The notes: generated by a model from the letters alone, not told the origin. DNA of 64,000 bases from an uncultured Verrucomicrobiae bacterium (GCA_963726745.1 CAVSDR010000006.1:96001-160000); one strand, 5' to 3'. Positions 31,990-42,595 are shown, counted from the first letter of the stretch. Translations and numbers: made by a program.

Positions 31990-32465
31990 GCGACGAGAAT
32001 CTCGAGGCTCGCATCGAAGCAGCGGTGAAGAACCCGCGCAATCTCGGCGAGATGGAGAATGCCGATGCCGTGGGCACAGTCGGCAGCCCGGACTGCGGCG
32101 ACATGCTGCGGATGTGGATCAAATTTAAGGAGGAAGACGGCCGCAAGGTGATCGATCGCGCGAGCTTCCAATCCTTTGGCTGCCAGACGGCGATCGCAGT
32201 CGCGAGCGTGGCCACGGAACTTTTAGCCGGCAAGACGATCGAGCAGGCACGCGCGCTCTCGGGCGAAGAATTGGCCGCGCCGCTCGGCGCTCTTCCGCCG
32301 GTGCGGATTCATTGCGCGCAACTCGTCGAGGGCGCCCTGCGCAACGCGCTCTCCGGCGAAAAACCGCCGGCAACTTCATCCGCGCCTAACGAGACTGCGC
32401 CCACGCTTTTCGCTCAGCTTTCCGCAAGCACCAGCGGCAAAGTGAAAGTGGTTCTGAAACCTTAG
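31986..32465 (+). CDS. iscU: IscU/NifU-N Fe-S scaffold protein
   Basis: NPRNLG, GSPDCGD, FGCQTAIA, LPPVRIHC. Confidence 0.88.
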   Translation: MSDENLEARIEAAVKNPRNLGEMENADAVGTVGSPDCGDMLRMWIKFKEEDGRKVIDRASFQSFGCQTAIAVASVATELLAGKTIEQARALSGEELAAPLGALPPVRIHCAQLVEGALRNALSGEKPPATSSAPNETAPTLFAQLSASTSGKVKVVLKP

Positions 32466-32469
32466 TCCT

Positions 32470-33033
32470 ATGCACGAAAACACCGAATTCACTCTCAGCC
32501 GCGACACCGATGCGATCCAGATCCCGAGCGGGAACAAGACCGTGATCCCTGCCGGCACCACCGGCGTGATCACGCAGACGCTCGGCGGCAGTTACACCAT
32601 CGCGACCTACCAGGGCCTCTCGCGCATTGCCGAGAAAGACCTCGACGCGCTCGGCATCGAAAAGCCGCACCTGAACGGCGACCTCGCCTCGACCGCGGCC
32701 ACTTCTGGCGGCGGCGGCGAAGTCGACGAGAAAGCCGTCTGGGAGCAGCTCCGCCAGTGCTACGACCCGGAAATCCCGGTCAATATCGTCGACCTCGGCC
32801 TGGTTTACGATTGCCAGCTCAAGCAGGGCGACAACGGCGGCACCAAGGTGGAAGTGAAAATGACCCTGACCGCGCCTGGCTGCGGCATGGGCCCCGCCAT
32901 TGCCCACGATGCCCAGAGCAAAATCATGAGCATCGAGGGCGTGGACGAAGCGCAAGTGGACTTGGTTTGGGATCCACCGTGGAACCAGAACATGATCAGC
33001 GAAGCCGGCCGAATGAAACTCGGCATGGTCTGA
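32470..33033 (+). CDS. sufT: Fe-S assembly protein SufT (DUF59)
   Basis: ITQTLGGSYT, YDPEIPVNIVDLGLVY, MTLTAPGCGMG, WDPPW. Confidence 0.92.
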   Translation: MHENTEFTLSRDTDAIQIPSGNKTVIPAGTTGVITQTLGGSYTIATYQGLSRIAEKDLDALGIEKPHLNGDLASTAATSGGGGEVDEKAVWEQLRQCYDPEIPVNIVDLGLVYDCQLKQGDNGGTKVEVKMTLTAPGCGMGPAIAHDAQSKIMSIEGVDEAQVDLVWDPPWNQNMISEAGRMKLGMV

Positions 33034-33064
33034 GCGTCTTCCGGTCCCGGCGCCTCTTGATTGG

Positions 33065-33508
33065 CTAGGGCAGCTCGGGGTCGGTCGAGGTCGCGTCGAA
33101 CCGGTCCTCGATCAGACCCTCGTAGATGTCCTCAGCCGGGGCTTTCATCGCCTCGATCTGCGCGGCGAGATTTTCCGGGCTCCCGTCATCCATGATGATG
33201 AATCCCTGTTGCCGCGCCGTCCGGTAGAGCAGTGCGGAATAGCCTTCCGCCTCGGCGAACTCCGGCTCATTGCGCCAGGTCGCAGCCACCTTTCTCACCA
33301 TTTCGTCCGGGTCGCCCTGGAAGCGGCGGTCGAGCCGCACCTCGAGGTAGATCTGGCCGGCGTGAAAGCCGGCCGCATACGATGAGAGGCCGTGAAACAT
33401 GCGGAAGTATTTGTCCACCCGCGCCACATGTTGCTGGTTAATTTCCTCCAGGCTGCGCGCCTGGATAGTTGCGTCCTGCGGGACGCCAATTGCGATTTTC
33501 TCTTTCAA
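33065..33508 (-). CDS. Hypothetical protein (start uncertain)
   Basis: 147-aa ORF with plausible composition, TTG start, no motif recognised. Confidence 0.55.
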   Translation of the reverse strand: MKEKIAIGVPQDATIQARSLEEINQQHVARVDKYFRMFHGLSSYAAGFHAGQIYLEVRLDRRFQGDPDEMVRKVAATWRNEPEFAEAEGYSALLYRTARQQGFIIMDDGSPENLAAQIEAMKAPAEDIYEGLIEDRFDATSTDPELP

Positions 33509-33709
33509 CTTTGCTCCTTTTTCCTTCGGGCCACATCTGCTGGTTCTCCAGCCGGGCCACCGCGTCGAACCCCGAAATCGTTCGCTCGGTTGGCGGCGCG
33601 CTGAGATTCAGCGCGCACTCTTGATGCTGCTGCGACCATGCGGGCAGAGCCGTGCGGCGTCAAACGCCCGTCTAATCTCCCAGTCGGCGCGCGGAAATCG
33701 CCGGCTGCG

Positions 33710-33737
33710 TTGACAGGTCGGCGGAGCCTTTTATACT
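33710..33737 (+). promoter_or_regulatory. Sigma-70 promoter of rplI-dnaB
   Basis: TTGACA (33710-33715), 16-nt spacer, TATACT (33732-33737). Confidence 0.8.
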
Positions 33738-33794
33738 CCTGTCCCCTCGCCGCGCCCCGGAGCCTTTCGGGTCGCATTCTGGAGACCGACTTTT

Positions 33795-34334
33795 ATGCCT
33801 TCGACTCAAATCATCCTCACCGAAAACATCCCGGGACTTGGCGCCGAAGCCGACATCGTGAAAGTGCGCCGCGGCTTTGCGCGGAACTTCCTCCTGCCCC
33901 AGGGCAAGGCGCATGAAGTCACCAAGTCGAGCATGCGCCAGCTCGATATGCTCAAGGCCAAGCGGGCGGAGCGTGAAGCGAAGGAATTGAACGAGGCCGA
34001 GGAAATCGCCCGCCGCATTGGCAAGTCGAAGATGGTCTTCACCCTCGAGACCGGCGAGAGCGGGAAGGCTTTCGGTTCCGTGACCGCGAACGACATTGCC
34101 ACCCGCCTGAAGAACGAAATCGGCGCCGAGATCGATCGTCATCGCATCGTCCTCGAGCACCCGATCAAGTCCACCGGCGAGCACGAAATCCCGATCAAGC
34201 TGCACGCCGACGTGACTGCGACTTTGAAGTTCAACGTCAAGTCCTCGAGCGAGCCGAAGCCGGAAGTGGAAGAAGCTCCCGAAGCCGGCAGCCGCAGCCG
34301 CACCCCGTCTCGTCCTTCCCGCGATCGAAAGTAA
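33795..34334 (+). CDS. rplI: 50S ribosomal protein L9
   Basis: LGAEADIVKVRRGFARNFLLPQGKA, FGSVT, PIKSTGEH. Confidence 0.96.
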   Translation: MPSTQIILTENIPGLGAEADIVKVRRGFARNFLLPQGKAHEVTKSSMRQLDMLKAKRAEREAKELNEAEEIARRIGKSKMVFTLETGESGKAFGSVTANDIATRLKNEIGAEIDRHRIVLEHPIKSTGEHEIPIKLHADVTATLKFNVKSSSEPKPEVEEAPEAGSRSRTPSRPSRDRK

Positions 34335-35831
34335 ATGCCGAGAGATTCTCAAGGACCCGCCCACGGCGGACCTGAGAAACCTCGCAAGCGCCCGGCGAAC
34401 GGAGACGCGCGAGGTTCGGCCCTGAAGAATGGCGAGAGCCGCAATGGCGGCTTATCCCAAGCTTCTTCGCAGGATATTCACCGCACGCTGCCCCACAGCG
34501 TCGAGGCCGAGCAAGGCGTGCTCGGTTCCATGCTCCTGTCGCCGCGCGAGACGATCGCGGAATGCGTCGAGCGCATCACCGAGGAGTATTTCTACATCCC
34601 GGCGCACCAGACGATCTACACGATCCTGGTCGAGCTTTGGAATGCCGGCGCCGGCATCGACCTGATCACCTTCACGCAGACCCTGCGCGACCGGAATCTG
34701 CTCGACCTCGTCGGCGGCGTCCCGTTTGTCACCAGCCTTTTCACCTTCGTCCCGACGGCCGCGAACGTCCTCTACTACATCGAGATCGTCCGCGAGAAGT
34801 ACATCCTCCGGCAGATCATCGCCGCGGCCACCGAAAGCGTGCGCCGCGCCTACGAAGAGCAGGACGAAGTGAACGCGCTCCTCGACGAAGTGGAGCAGAA
34901 AATTTTTGCGGTCGGCGAGGATCGTTTCAAGGGCCAGATGCCTGGGATGAAGGAGCAGGTCATGGGCGCGCTCGAATCGATCGAGCAGCTCTGGGAACGC
35001 CGCGGCGGCATTACCGGCATCTCCACCGGCTTCACCGAGCTCGACCGCATGACCAACGGCCTGCACGACGGCGAAATGGTCATCATTGCCGCTCGTCCCT
35101 CGATGGGCAAAACCGCGTTGGCGATGAACATTGCCGAGCATGTCGCGATCAGCAGCAAGCTCCCGGTGGCCGTCTTCAGCCTCGAGATGAGCAGCCAGCA
35201 ACTCGTGCAGCGTCTCCTCTGCTCCCGCGCGCGGGTCAACCTGCAGAAAGTGCGCGAAGGCTTCCTCGCAGAGCGCGATTTCCCCAGCTTAACCGCGGCC
35301 GCCTCGAAGCTGGCCGAGGCCGAGATTTACATCGATGACGCCGCCGGCCTGAGCATCCTTGAGCTGCGCGCGAAAGCGCGGCGGTTGAAGGCGCAGAAAA
35401 ATATCCGCCTGATTGTGATCGATTACCTCCAGCTCCTGAAGTCGACCACACGGCGCGCGCAGGATAACCGGCAACTTGAGATCTCGGAAATTTCCTCGGG
35501 GATCAAGGCGCTGGCTAAAGAGCTCAAGCTCCCGATCATCGTCCTCGCGCAGCTCAATCGTCAGCCGGAAGCCCGTTCCGGCGGCAAGCCGCGCTTGAGC
35601 GACCTGCGCGAATCCGGCTCGATCGAGCAGGATGCCGACCTCGTGGGATTGCTCGTTCGGCCGGAAGTCTACGAAGAGGACGAGGAAGCGCGCGCGGAGA
35701 AAGCCGGCGAAGCGGAGCTGATTATCGCGAAGCAGCGTAACGGCCCGGTGGGCGAAGTGCCGCTGACTTTCCTGAAGGAGTTCACCCGCTTCGAGGATCG
35801 CGCCCGCGGCGGCGGTCCGCCGCAGGACTAG
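34335..35831 (+). CDS. dnaB: Replicative DNA helicase DnaB
   Basis: [53 protein letters not shown]. Confidence 0.97.
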   Translation: MPRDSQGPAHGGPEKPRKRPANGDARGSALKNGESRNGGLSQASSQDIHRTLPHSVEAEQGVLGSMLLSPRETIAECVERITEEYFYIPAHQTIYTILVELWNAGAGIDLITFTQTLRDRNLLDLVGGVPFVTSLFTFVPTAANVLYYIEIVREKYILRQIIAAATESVRRAYEEQDEVNALLDEVEQKIFAVGEDRFKGQMPGMKEQVMGALESIEQLWERRGGITGISTGFTELDRMTNGLHDGEMVIIAARPSMGKTALAMNIAEHVAISSKLPVAVFSLEMSSQQLVQRLLCSRARVNLQKVREGFLAERDFPSLTAAASKLAEAEIYIDDAAGLSILELRAKARRLKAQKNIRLIVIDYLQLLKSTTRRAQDNRQLEISEISSGIKALAKELKLPIIVLAQLNRQPEARSGGKPRLSDLRESGSIEQDADLVGLLVRPEVYEEDEEARAEKAGEAELIIAKQRNGPVGEVPLTFLKEFTRFEDRARGGGPPQD

Positions 35832-36664
35832 GCTTTCACGAAAGTGAAAAGGCCGTAGCGCATCGCGTTCACGCGATACGCGATCCAAATGCGCAGGATC
35901 GTGAGCGCGAAGACGCGGTTCCCTTCGTGCGGATTGAAAAGGAAACGCAGGTAGCGTGGCTCGGTGAGAAATTTAGCCAGCAGGATGCGCACGATCGAGG
36001 GCCAGGTGCGCTCCACCTGCCGCGTGATGTCGTCAAAGTTTCGTAGGGAAAAGCCGGCCTTGCCCGCGAGCGTTTCATACTCGCTCGCGCTCCCGAGCTC
36101 CGGCATCCGGCCCTCGCGGCAGATTGGTTCCAGCAACCAGCGCTCCGCGCGCGGCGAAGGATCCTCCGCCGCCAGCCAGGCGCAAATGACCAGCCGTCCG
36201 CCCGGCCGCAGGACGCGCGCAGCTTGCCGAAAAAACTCCGGCTTCGAGGGCATGTGCTCCGAGCTTTCGATCGCAATCGCGGCATCGAACATCTCGTCGG
36301 CTAAATCGTTTTCGAGCCAGTCGCCGAGGAGAAATTGCGGATTCGCCCGGCCTTCGTTGCGCTCCACCGCGATGGCAAATTGCGCCGGCGACAAGGTCAT
36401 CGCCGTGACCTCGGCCCCGCGTTCCGCCAGCCAGCGCGCGGTTGCGCCGTAGCCGCAGCCGATGTCGACCACCGCGCGTGCTTCCCCGGCTTCGCGCGCG
36501 ACGCGTTCCGTGAGATTGATTACCGCCTCGGCGCGCGACTCGTCGCCGCGCAGCCAGAGCCCGTGGTGCACATGCTCGCCCCAGACGTCGCGGTAAAAGC
36601 GATCGAGCTCGTCGTAATGCGCGGCGACCGCGGCCGGCTCGATCGGGACGCGCGAGGCGATCAC
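35828..36664 (-). CDS. Class I SAM methyltransferase (tocopherol/sterol MT-like)
   Basis: [40 protein letters not shown] overlaps tkt TGA. Confidence 0.85.
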   Translation of the reverse strand: MIASRVPIEPAAVAAHYDELDRFYRDVWGEHVHHGLWLRGDESRAEAVINLTERVAREAGEARAVVDIGCGYGATARWLAERGAEVTAMTLSPAQFAIAVERNEGRANPQFLLGDWLENDLADEMFDAAIAIESSEHMPSKPEFFRQAARVLRPGGRLVICAWLAAEDPSPRAERWLLEPICREGRMPELGSASEYETLAGKAGFSLRNFDDITRQVERTWPSIVRILLAKFLTEPRYLRFLFNPHEGNRVFALTILRIWIAYRVNAMRYGLFTFVKA

Positions 36665-38650
36665 ACGAGCGAGCGCGCGGCGTCGATCACGTGCTGTGCA
36701 TCGATCCCGAGTTCCTTCATGACCACGTCGCCCGGCGCGCTCAGGCCAAAGCGATGCAGGCCGACAACCTTGCCATCGAGCCCGACGTAGCGGAACCAGG
36801 TGTCGGGCACGCCCGCCTCGATCGCGACCCGCTTGCGACAAGTCGCTGGCAAAACTTCCGCGCGATATTCCTCGGGTTGCCGCTCGAAGCGTTCGAAGCA
36901 AGGCATCGAGACCACGCGCGTCCCCTCGCCCAGCTCCTTCGCGGCCGCGAGCGCGTGCTGCAATTCGCTCCCGCAGGAAAGAAGAATGCACTCGAGCTCG
37001 CCGCTTTCGCGCTTCGCGATGTAGCCACCGCGGGCCACGCCTTCGCGGCGCAGGTTGCACGTCGATTTCGTTCAGCATCGGCACGGCCTGGCGAGTGAGC
37101 GCGAGCAGTGTCGGCCCATCGGTGTGCTGCGCTGCGGCCGCGAAGGCGCCGGCGGTTTCCTCCGGATCGGCCGGACGGATGACATCGAGCTGCGGGATCA
37201 CGCGCAAACCGCTGACCGTTTCCACCGGCTGGTGCGTGGGCCCGTCTTCGCCGACGCCGATGGAGTCGTGCGTGAAGATGTAAATGTTCGGCAATTTCGC
37301 GAGTGCGGCGAGGCGGATGGCCGCGCGGCAGTAATCGGCGAAGACCAGGAAGGTCGCGCCGGACGCACGGAAAACGCCGTGGTAGCTGACGCCGTTCATG
37401 ATCGCGCACATGCCGTGTTCGCGGATGCCGAAATGGATGTTTCGCCCGAGCGCGTTCGAGCGGGTAAAATCCTCGCCGCCCTCGATGTAATTCAAAGTCG
37501 AGCCATGGAGGTCAGCGCTCCCGCTGATCAAGAACGGCATCGCCTGCGCGATCGGCTGGAGCGCTTCGCTCCCGGCTTTGCGCGTGGCCAGCTTGGCGTC
37601 GGCCGCGAAGTGCGGGATTTGCTCGAGCAAATTAGCCGGCACTTTCTTGTCGATCGCGTCGTCGAGCTGCTGCGCTTTCTCGGCGTTCTGCGCGCGCCAG
37701 GCCTGGTAGGTTTTTTCCCAGCGTCGATATTGCCGGATAAGCGCTTTCTTGTGCTTCGCGAAATACTCGCGCGTCTCCGGCGAGACGTAGAAGTGCTCCG
37801 CCGGCAGGCCGAGATTGCGCCGCGCTTCGTCGACGAATTTCACGCCTGCTTCCCCGTGCGCCTTGGAGGTTCCGGCCACCTCGGGAATGCCTTTGCCGAT
37901 GAGCGTCCGCGCAATGATCATCTGCGGCTTGCCGTTGTCGCGCTTCTTCGCCTTGTTCAGCGCTTTCAGGATCGCCGGCATGTCGTTGCCATCGATCGTC
38001 TGCACGTCGAAGCCGTAGGCGACGTAGCGCTTCGCGGTGTCTTCGCTTTGGGTGGCCGCGGCCATGGCGTCGAGCGTGACCGCGTTTGAGTCGTAGATCA
38101 GGATAAGGTTATCGAGTCCAAAGTGAGCCGCGAACGCGCTCGCCTCGGCAGAGACGCCTTCCTGAAGGCAGCCGTCGCCCGCGAGGCAGATGACGTGCTG
38201 ATCGAAGATCGGATGCTCCGCGGTGTTGAACCGCGCCGCGGCCATCTTCGCGGCCATGGCCACGCCGACCGCGTTGCCCACGCCCTGCCCCAGCGGGCCA
38301 GTGGTGCACTCGACCCCCGGCGTTTCGAAAAACTCCGGGTGGCCCGGCGTCTTGCTGTGTAATTGCCGGAAAGCTTTCACGTCCTCGAGCGAAAGATCGT
38401 AGCCGCTGAGATGGAGCCAGGCGTAGAGAAGCATGCTCCCGTGGCCGGCGGAGAGAATGAAGTAATCGCGCCCGATCCAGCGCGGCTCGTCAGGGTTGTG
38501 CTGGAGCACCTGGCCGTAGAGGACGGCGGCGATCTCCGCGCACCCGAGCGGGAGGCCGAGGTGGCCGGATTTCGAGGCCTGCACCGCATCCATCGCCAGG
38601 CCGCGGGCTTCGGTCGCGGCGCGCGAAAGCGCTTCAAGATTCAGACTCAT
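36661..38650 (-). CDS. tkt: Transketolase, frameshift near 37050
   Basis: [50 protein letters not shown]-domain in 36661-37038. Confidence 0.95.
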
Positions 38651-38759
38651 CTTGCTGTCTATACTGGTGCGAGCCGAGGAGGGGAAATGATTTCGCGCCG
38701 CCCGACAGAAGCGGCCTTGCATTCCCCGGGAAAGGCAGAGACTGGTGCTCCAGCGACCC

Positions 38760-39890
38760 ATGAATCAGCCGCTTTTTCTCCATATCGTCGAGCGCCTGGA
38801 AGGCTTCCTGGGTAAGCTTCCCGCGGGCATCCAAAAGCCGATCCTGCAGGAGCTCACGCCCTTGAAGGAACTCTTCCTGAAACAACGCGCGCCGCGCCTG
38901 GTGCTGACCGGTTCGCACAAAAGCCCAGTGCAGGAAGTGGTGGCGGCGCTTTTCGCGACTGCGCAGCCGGCGGATTTGCGCGACCGGCTGATGGAAGTCT
39001 ACCGCTGGCAGGCGATCGAAGTCGCCGGGCTGGGCTCGATCGAGGTGCTCGATGCGCGCGGCAGCGACGAGGCCGCGCAGCAGCAGATCGAGGAAGAACT
39101 CGCGCGCGCCTCGGCGGACATGTTGCTTCACCTGGTCGATGGCGATAGCGCGCGGCCGGTGCTTACGCGCGATCTCGAGACGCTGGAGAAATTGGCGGCT
39201 ACGGGAACCGCTCGCATCATTGGCATTTCGCTCACCAGCCCCGCCCGGCACGCGAGCGACGACAAGCCAATCGCTGCGACCAAGCTGCAGACGGCACTGC
39301 TCGAGCAACCCGCGCTTAAGACCCGCGTGCTTCAGGTGCTCGAGCTTCCACTGGTGCAAGGCGATGCCGGCAATGGCGCGGCGTTGCGCTTCATGGCCTT
39401 GCTCGCGCGCGAACTGCCCAACGAGGCCCGCGTGGAGATGGTGCGCATCTCACGCGACCGCGAAGCGCAGATCGCGATTGCCAATGTGCTGGTTAAATCC
39501 ACCAGCGCGATCAGCACCGCGATCGGCGCGCAGCCGATCCCGCTGGCGGATTTGCCGATCCTGACCACGCTCCAGCTGGTGATGGTTTCCGGCATCATGT
39601 ATCTCTCCGGCCGCGAGCGAACGCTGCGCGCGGCCACGGAATTTGTCGGCGCCCTCGGGGTGAACGTGGGCGCGGGCATGGTCCTGCGCGAAGGCACGCG
39701 CGCGCTCCTGAAGTTTTTCCCCGGTTGGGGCAATGTCGTCTGCGGGATGGTCGCGGGCGCGGGCACGTATGCGCTCGGCCGCTCGGCGATCGTCTATTTT
39801 CTCGAGGGTGTTTCGCTCAAGGATGCGCGCCGGATTTACCTGCGAAGCCGGAAGAAGGCGCCGCGCCCGGAGGCGCTGCCAGCTCGCTGA
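38760..39890 (+). CDS. YcjF/DUF697-family protein with a degenerate GTPase-like N-domain
   Basis: [38 protein letters not shown]. Confidence 0.78.
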   Translation: MNQPLFLHIVERLEGFLGKLPAGIQKPILQELTPLKELFLKQRAPRLVLTGSHKSPVQEVVAALFATAQPADLRDRLMEVYRWQAIEVAGLGSIEVLDARGSDEAAQQQIEEELARASADMLLHLVDGDSARPVLTRDLETLEKLAATGTARIIGISLTSPARHASDDKPIAATKLQTALLEQPALKTRVLQVLELPLVQGDAGNGAALRFMALLARELPNEARVEMVRISRDREAQIAIANVLVKSTSAISTAIGAQPIPLADLPILTTLQLVMVSGIMYLSGRERTLRAATEFVGALGVNVGAGMVLREGTRALLKFFPGWGNVVCGMVAGAGTYALGRSAIVYFLEGVSLKDARRIYLRSRKKAPRPEALPAR

Positions 39891-39950
39891 ATAACTTGTG
39901 AATAAGAGTGAACGCTGCGGCGCAGATTGTTCACAGGCTGGTGTGAATAG
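39886..39950. promoter_or_regulatory. Cluster of DnaA-box-like 9-mers
   Basis: TGTGAATAA 39897-39905 (TTATTCACA on minus), TTGTTCACA 39927-39935, TGTGAATAG 39942-39950, GCTGAATAA 39886-39894. Confidence 0.65.
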
Positions 39951-39986
39951 CAGCCGCCTTTTCTCTGCGCGCCCGCGCTTGATCCA

Positions 39987-41357
39987 TTGAAGCTTTCCGA
40001 GATCGACGCCACCCTGCGCGAGATTCGCGTCTCGCCGGTGAAGACGCTGGGGCAGAATTTTCTGCACGACCGCAACCTCGCGCGCTGGATCGTCGCGCGG
40101 GCCAACCTCACGGCCGACGATTACGTGGTCGAAGTGGGGCCGGGACTCGGCGCGCTCACGGAGCACATCCTCGCCACCGGCGCCCGCGTGCTCGCGATCG
40201 AGAAGGATGCACGACTGGCGAATTTTCTCCGCGAACGCTTCGCGGGCGAGCGACTGGAGATCATCCATGGCGACGCGCTCGACTTCGATGTGCGGCAGCT
40301 TTGGGCGCAGCCGCAGGTGAAGTTCATCGGCAACCTGCCGTATAATATTTCCAGCCAGCTGGTGCTGCAGTTTACGCGGTATCCAAGCCCCATTTCTCTC
40401 TGGTTGTGCATGTTACAGAAGGAAATGGCGAAGCGCCTCGCGGCGATTCCGGGCTCGGCGGACTACGGCGCGCTCAGCCTGCTGGTGCAGGTGCGCTATC
40501 GCGTGGACTACCTGCGCACCGTCCCGGCGAGCGTCTTTCTGCCGCGGCCGGAAGTGGACTCGGCCTTCGTCCAGCTCTCGCCGCGGCCGGCGGGCGAGCT
40601 GCCTTATTTCGATGCGGAATTGTGGACGCGGCTGGTGAAGCGCGGCTTCTCTCAACGGCGCAAGCAGCTGCAGAAATTGCTGCGCGAAGAGGTGACGGAC
40701 TGGGCCGGCGCGGCCGAGGCGGCGGGCTGTGGGCTGCAGGCGCGCGCGGAAGAGTTGGCGCTCGAACAATGGATCGCGCTGGCTAATTTCGTGCGGCCAC
40801 CGCCGACGGCGGCAACCGCGAACGACCTCGCAGGCCGCTTTGCGGTCGTGGACGCCGCAGATCACGTCACCGGCGCCGCGCCCCGCAGCGAAGTGCATGG
40901 GAATAACTTGCTCCATCGCGCGGTCCACCTGCTCCTGCGGAACGATCGCGGCGAGATCTTTCTGCAAAAACGCTCGCCCCTGAAGGACCGGCATCCAGGC
41001 GTGTGGGATTCGAGTGCCGCGGGCCATGTAGACGAGGGCGAAGACTACGACGTGACCGCGCAGCGCGAACTCAAGGAAGAACTCGGCGTCGCCGCCGAAC
41101 TGACGCGCGTGCTCAAGCTCCCGGCCTCAGCCCGCACCGGGCAGGAGTTTATCTGGCTCTATTGCGGCCGGCACAATGGGCCCTTTCGGCTGGCCCACAG
41201 CGAGATCGAGCTGGGGGAGTTTTTCCCACCTGAGGTGATCACCGCATGGCTGCACGCGCGGCCGGACGATTTCGCGCCCGGCTTTGTGGAATGCTGGGAA
41301 GCCTGGCGGAAAACAGACAGCGCTTTCGCTGCCGGGATGCCGCCAAAACCGGCCTAA
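39987..41357 (+). CDS. rsmA: 16S rRNA dimethyltransferase RsmA fused to a NUDIX (IDI-like) domain
   Basis: LGQNFL, EVGPGLGALT, GNLPYNIS, PEVDSA; then HRAVH, GHVDEGEDYDVTAQRELKEELG. Confidence 0.93.
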   Translation: MKLSEIDATLREIRVSPVKTLGQNFLHDRNLARWIVARANLTADDYVVEVGPGLGALTEHILATGARVLAIEKDARLANFLRERFAGERLEIIHGDALDFDVRQLWAQPQVKFIGNLPYNISSQLVLQFTRYPSPISLWLCMLQKEMAKRLAAIPGSADYGALSLLVQVRYRVDYLRTVPASVFLPRPEVDSAFVQLSPRPAGELPYFDAELWTRLVKRGFSQRRKQLQKLLREEVTDWAGAAEAAGCGLQARAEELALEQWIALANFVRPPPTAATANDLAGRFAVVDAADHVTGAAPRSEVHGNNLLHRAVHLLLRNDRGEIFLQKRSPLKDRHPGVWDSSAAGHVDEGEDYDVTAQRELKEELGVAAELTRVLKLPASARTGQEFIWLYCGRHNGPFRLAHSEIELGEFFPPEVITAWLHARPDDFAPGFVECWEAWRKTDSAFAAGMPPKPA

Positions 41358-41719
41358 CGACGGCGCGAGGCAGCAGCGGACTTCTTGCTGCCGCCGCTCT
41401 TCTTCGCGGCCGACTTGCCTTTGGCGGTGGATTTTCCCTTGGCCGCAGATTTCGCTTTCGTCGCCTGCGGCTTCTCCGCCGCCACGGGGCCGCGGAAAAC
41501 CCGGTCCGGCAGATCGGACATGGCGGATTTTTTGAACTTCCGCGCGGCGCGGCGGGCGCCTTCCTTCCCGCCATAGACGGTGTCGCTAAACATCTTCGTG
41601 ACCGCGCGGTCGCCGCGGAGGAAGTGCACCTGGAAGCCATGGGTTTGCTTCTTCGAACGCGGCTTGGAATCAATGCGCCGGATGTTTTCTTCGGAGTCGG
41701 GATTGGCTCGTTTTTTCAT
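41354..41719 (-). CDS. AP2-like DNA-binding domain with Lys/Ala-rich histone-like tail
   Basis: IRRID..THGFQV..KMFSD..YGGKEGARRAARKFK; tail AKSAAKGKSTAKGKSAAKK. Confidence 0.7.
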   Translation of the reverse strand: MKKRANPDSEENIRRIDSKPRSKKQTHGFQVHFLRGDRAVTKMFSDTVYGGKEGARRAARKFKKSAMSDLPDRVFRGPVAAEKPQATKAKSAAKGKSTAKGKSAAKKSGGSKKSAAASRRR

Positions 41720-41786
41720 GCGAATATTGCCTAACGAACGCAACCTAAAACAAAAACGGGAGGGCGCAACGGTGAAACCGCGATCT

Positions 41787-42545
41787 TTATTCCGCCCCGC
41801 TCAAAGCCGAGGGCGGCGGCAGATTCCAGCGCTCCCAGCGCGCGGCGTATTCCTTCTGCGGGAGCAGCGCGTAACAAGGAGAAGCTTCCTTTCGCAGCCA
41901 ACGAATCAGCTGCACGAGCTTCGCTTCCGCCATCGTGGTGCAACCAGCAGTCGGGCGCGTGACCCCGCGACGGATGTGGAAAAAGATCGCGCTCCCCTCG
42001 CCCGGCACCGGCGGATCGGAGTTGTGCCGCACCTCGACCAGCCAGCGATAAGCGAAATCGCCCGCGCGCATTTTCTCGTGGCTGTAATTGTCCGGCGGGT
42101 TCGCCGGATCGATCACAATGTGCCGGTTATAATTCGGCGAGCGCGGGTCGTCGCTCCAGAGATCGCCTTCGCCCACCTGGCGAAATGGGTAATCCGAGCC
42201 GGCCGGCAGTTGCTCATCGTAGGTGTAGATTTTCCCGAGCCGGAAGACGCCGGCAGGCGCGCGGCCGTCGCGCTCTTTCTTATGCAATCCGGGCTCCTCC
42301 TGTCCGGCGAGACCGATGCCCCAGGCGAGACCGTTTTTCCCGAAGAGCACCGGGACGGCAGTGCCCTCCGCGTTCCACTTTCCGCCGCGCTCCCGGGTGA
42401 ACTTCCACAGCGTCCCTTGCGAGGAATCCCAATCCGGCGCGACCGCGACGATCAGCTGCCGGCAATCATCCGGCACGCCGGCGGCATGGGCGTTGCTAGC
42501 CAGGAAGAGAAGCGCGAGAAGGTAAAGGCGGGCGGCCGGGAACAT
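41787..42545 (-). CDS. L,D-transpeptidase-family (YkuD-like) secreted protein
   Basis: Signal peptide, KKERDGRAPAGVF, GSAIFFH...TAGC. Confidence 0.85.
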   Translation of the reverse strand: MFPAARLYLLALLFLASNAHAAGVPDDCRQLIVAVAPDWDSSQGTLWKFTRERGGKWNAEGTAVPVLFGKNGLAWGIGLAGQEEPGLHKKERDGRAPAGVFRLGKIYTYDEQLPAGSDYPFRQVGEGDLWSDDPRSPNYNRHIVIDPANPPDNYSHEKMRAGDFAYRWLVEVRHNSDPPVPGEGSAIFFHIRRGVTRPTAGCTTMAEAKLVQLIRWLRKEASPCYALLPQKEYAARWERWNLPPPSALSGAE

Positions 42546-42595
42546 GCCGGGAACCTAGCCACGCCTCCGCTGCTTCCTCCACTGCCTTTCGCACT

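Noticed and set aside
33510..33700. Possible ncRNA or small ORF between the hypothetical gene and the rplI promoter
   Set aside because: Only one short hairpin (GCGCGCTGAGATTCAGCGCGC) and no recognisable family. It may be a frameshifted 5' part of the 33065-33508 gene.
35828..38761. 977-aa transketolase-methyltransferase fusion ORF
   Set aside because: Caused by the frameshift near 37050. The true tkt C-domain is in another frame and has its own stop at 36661.
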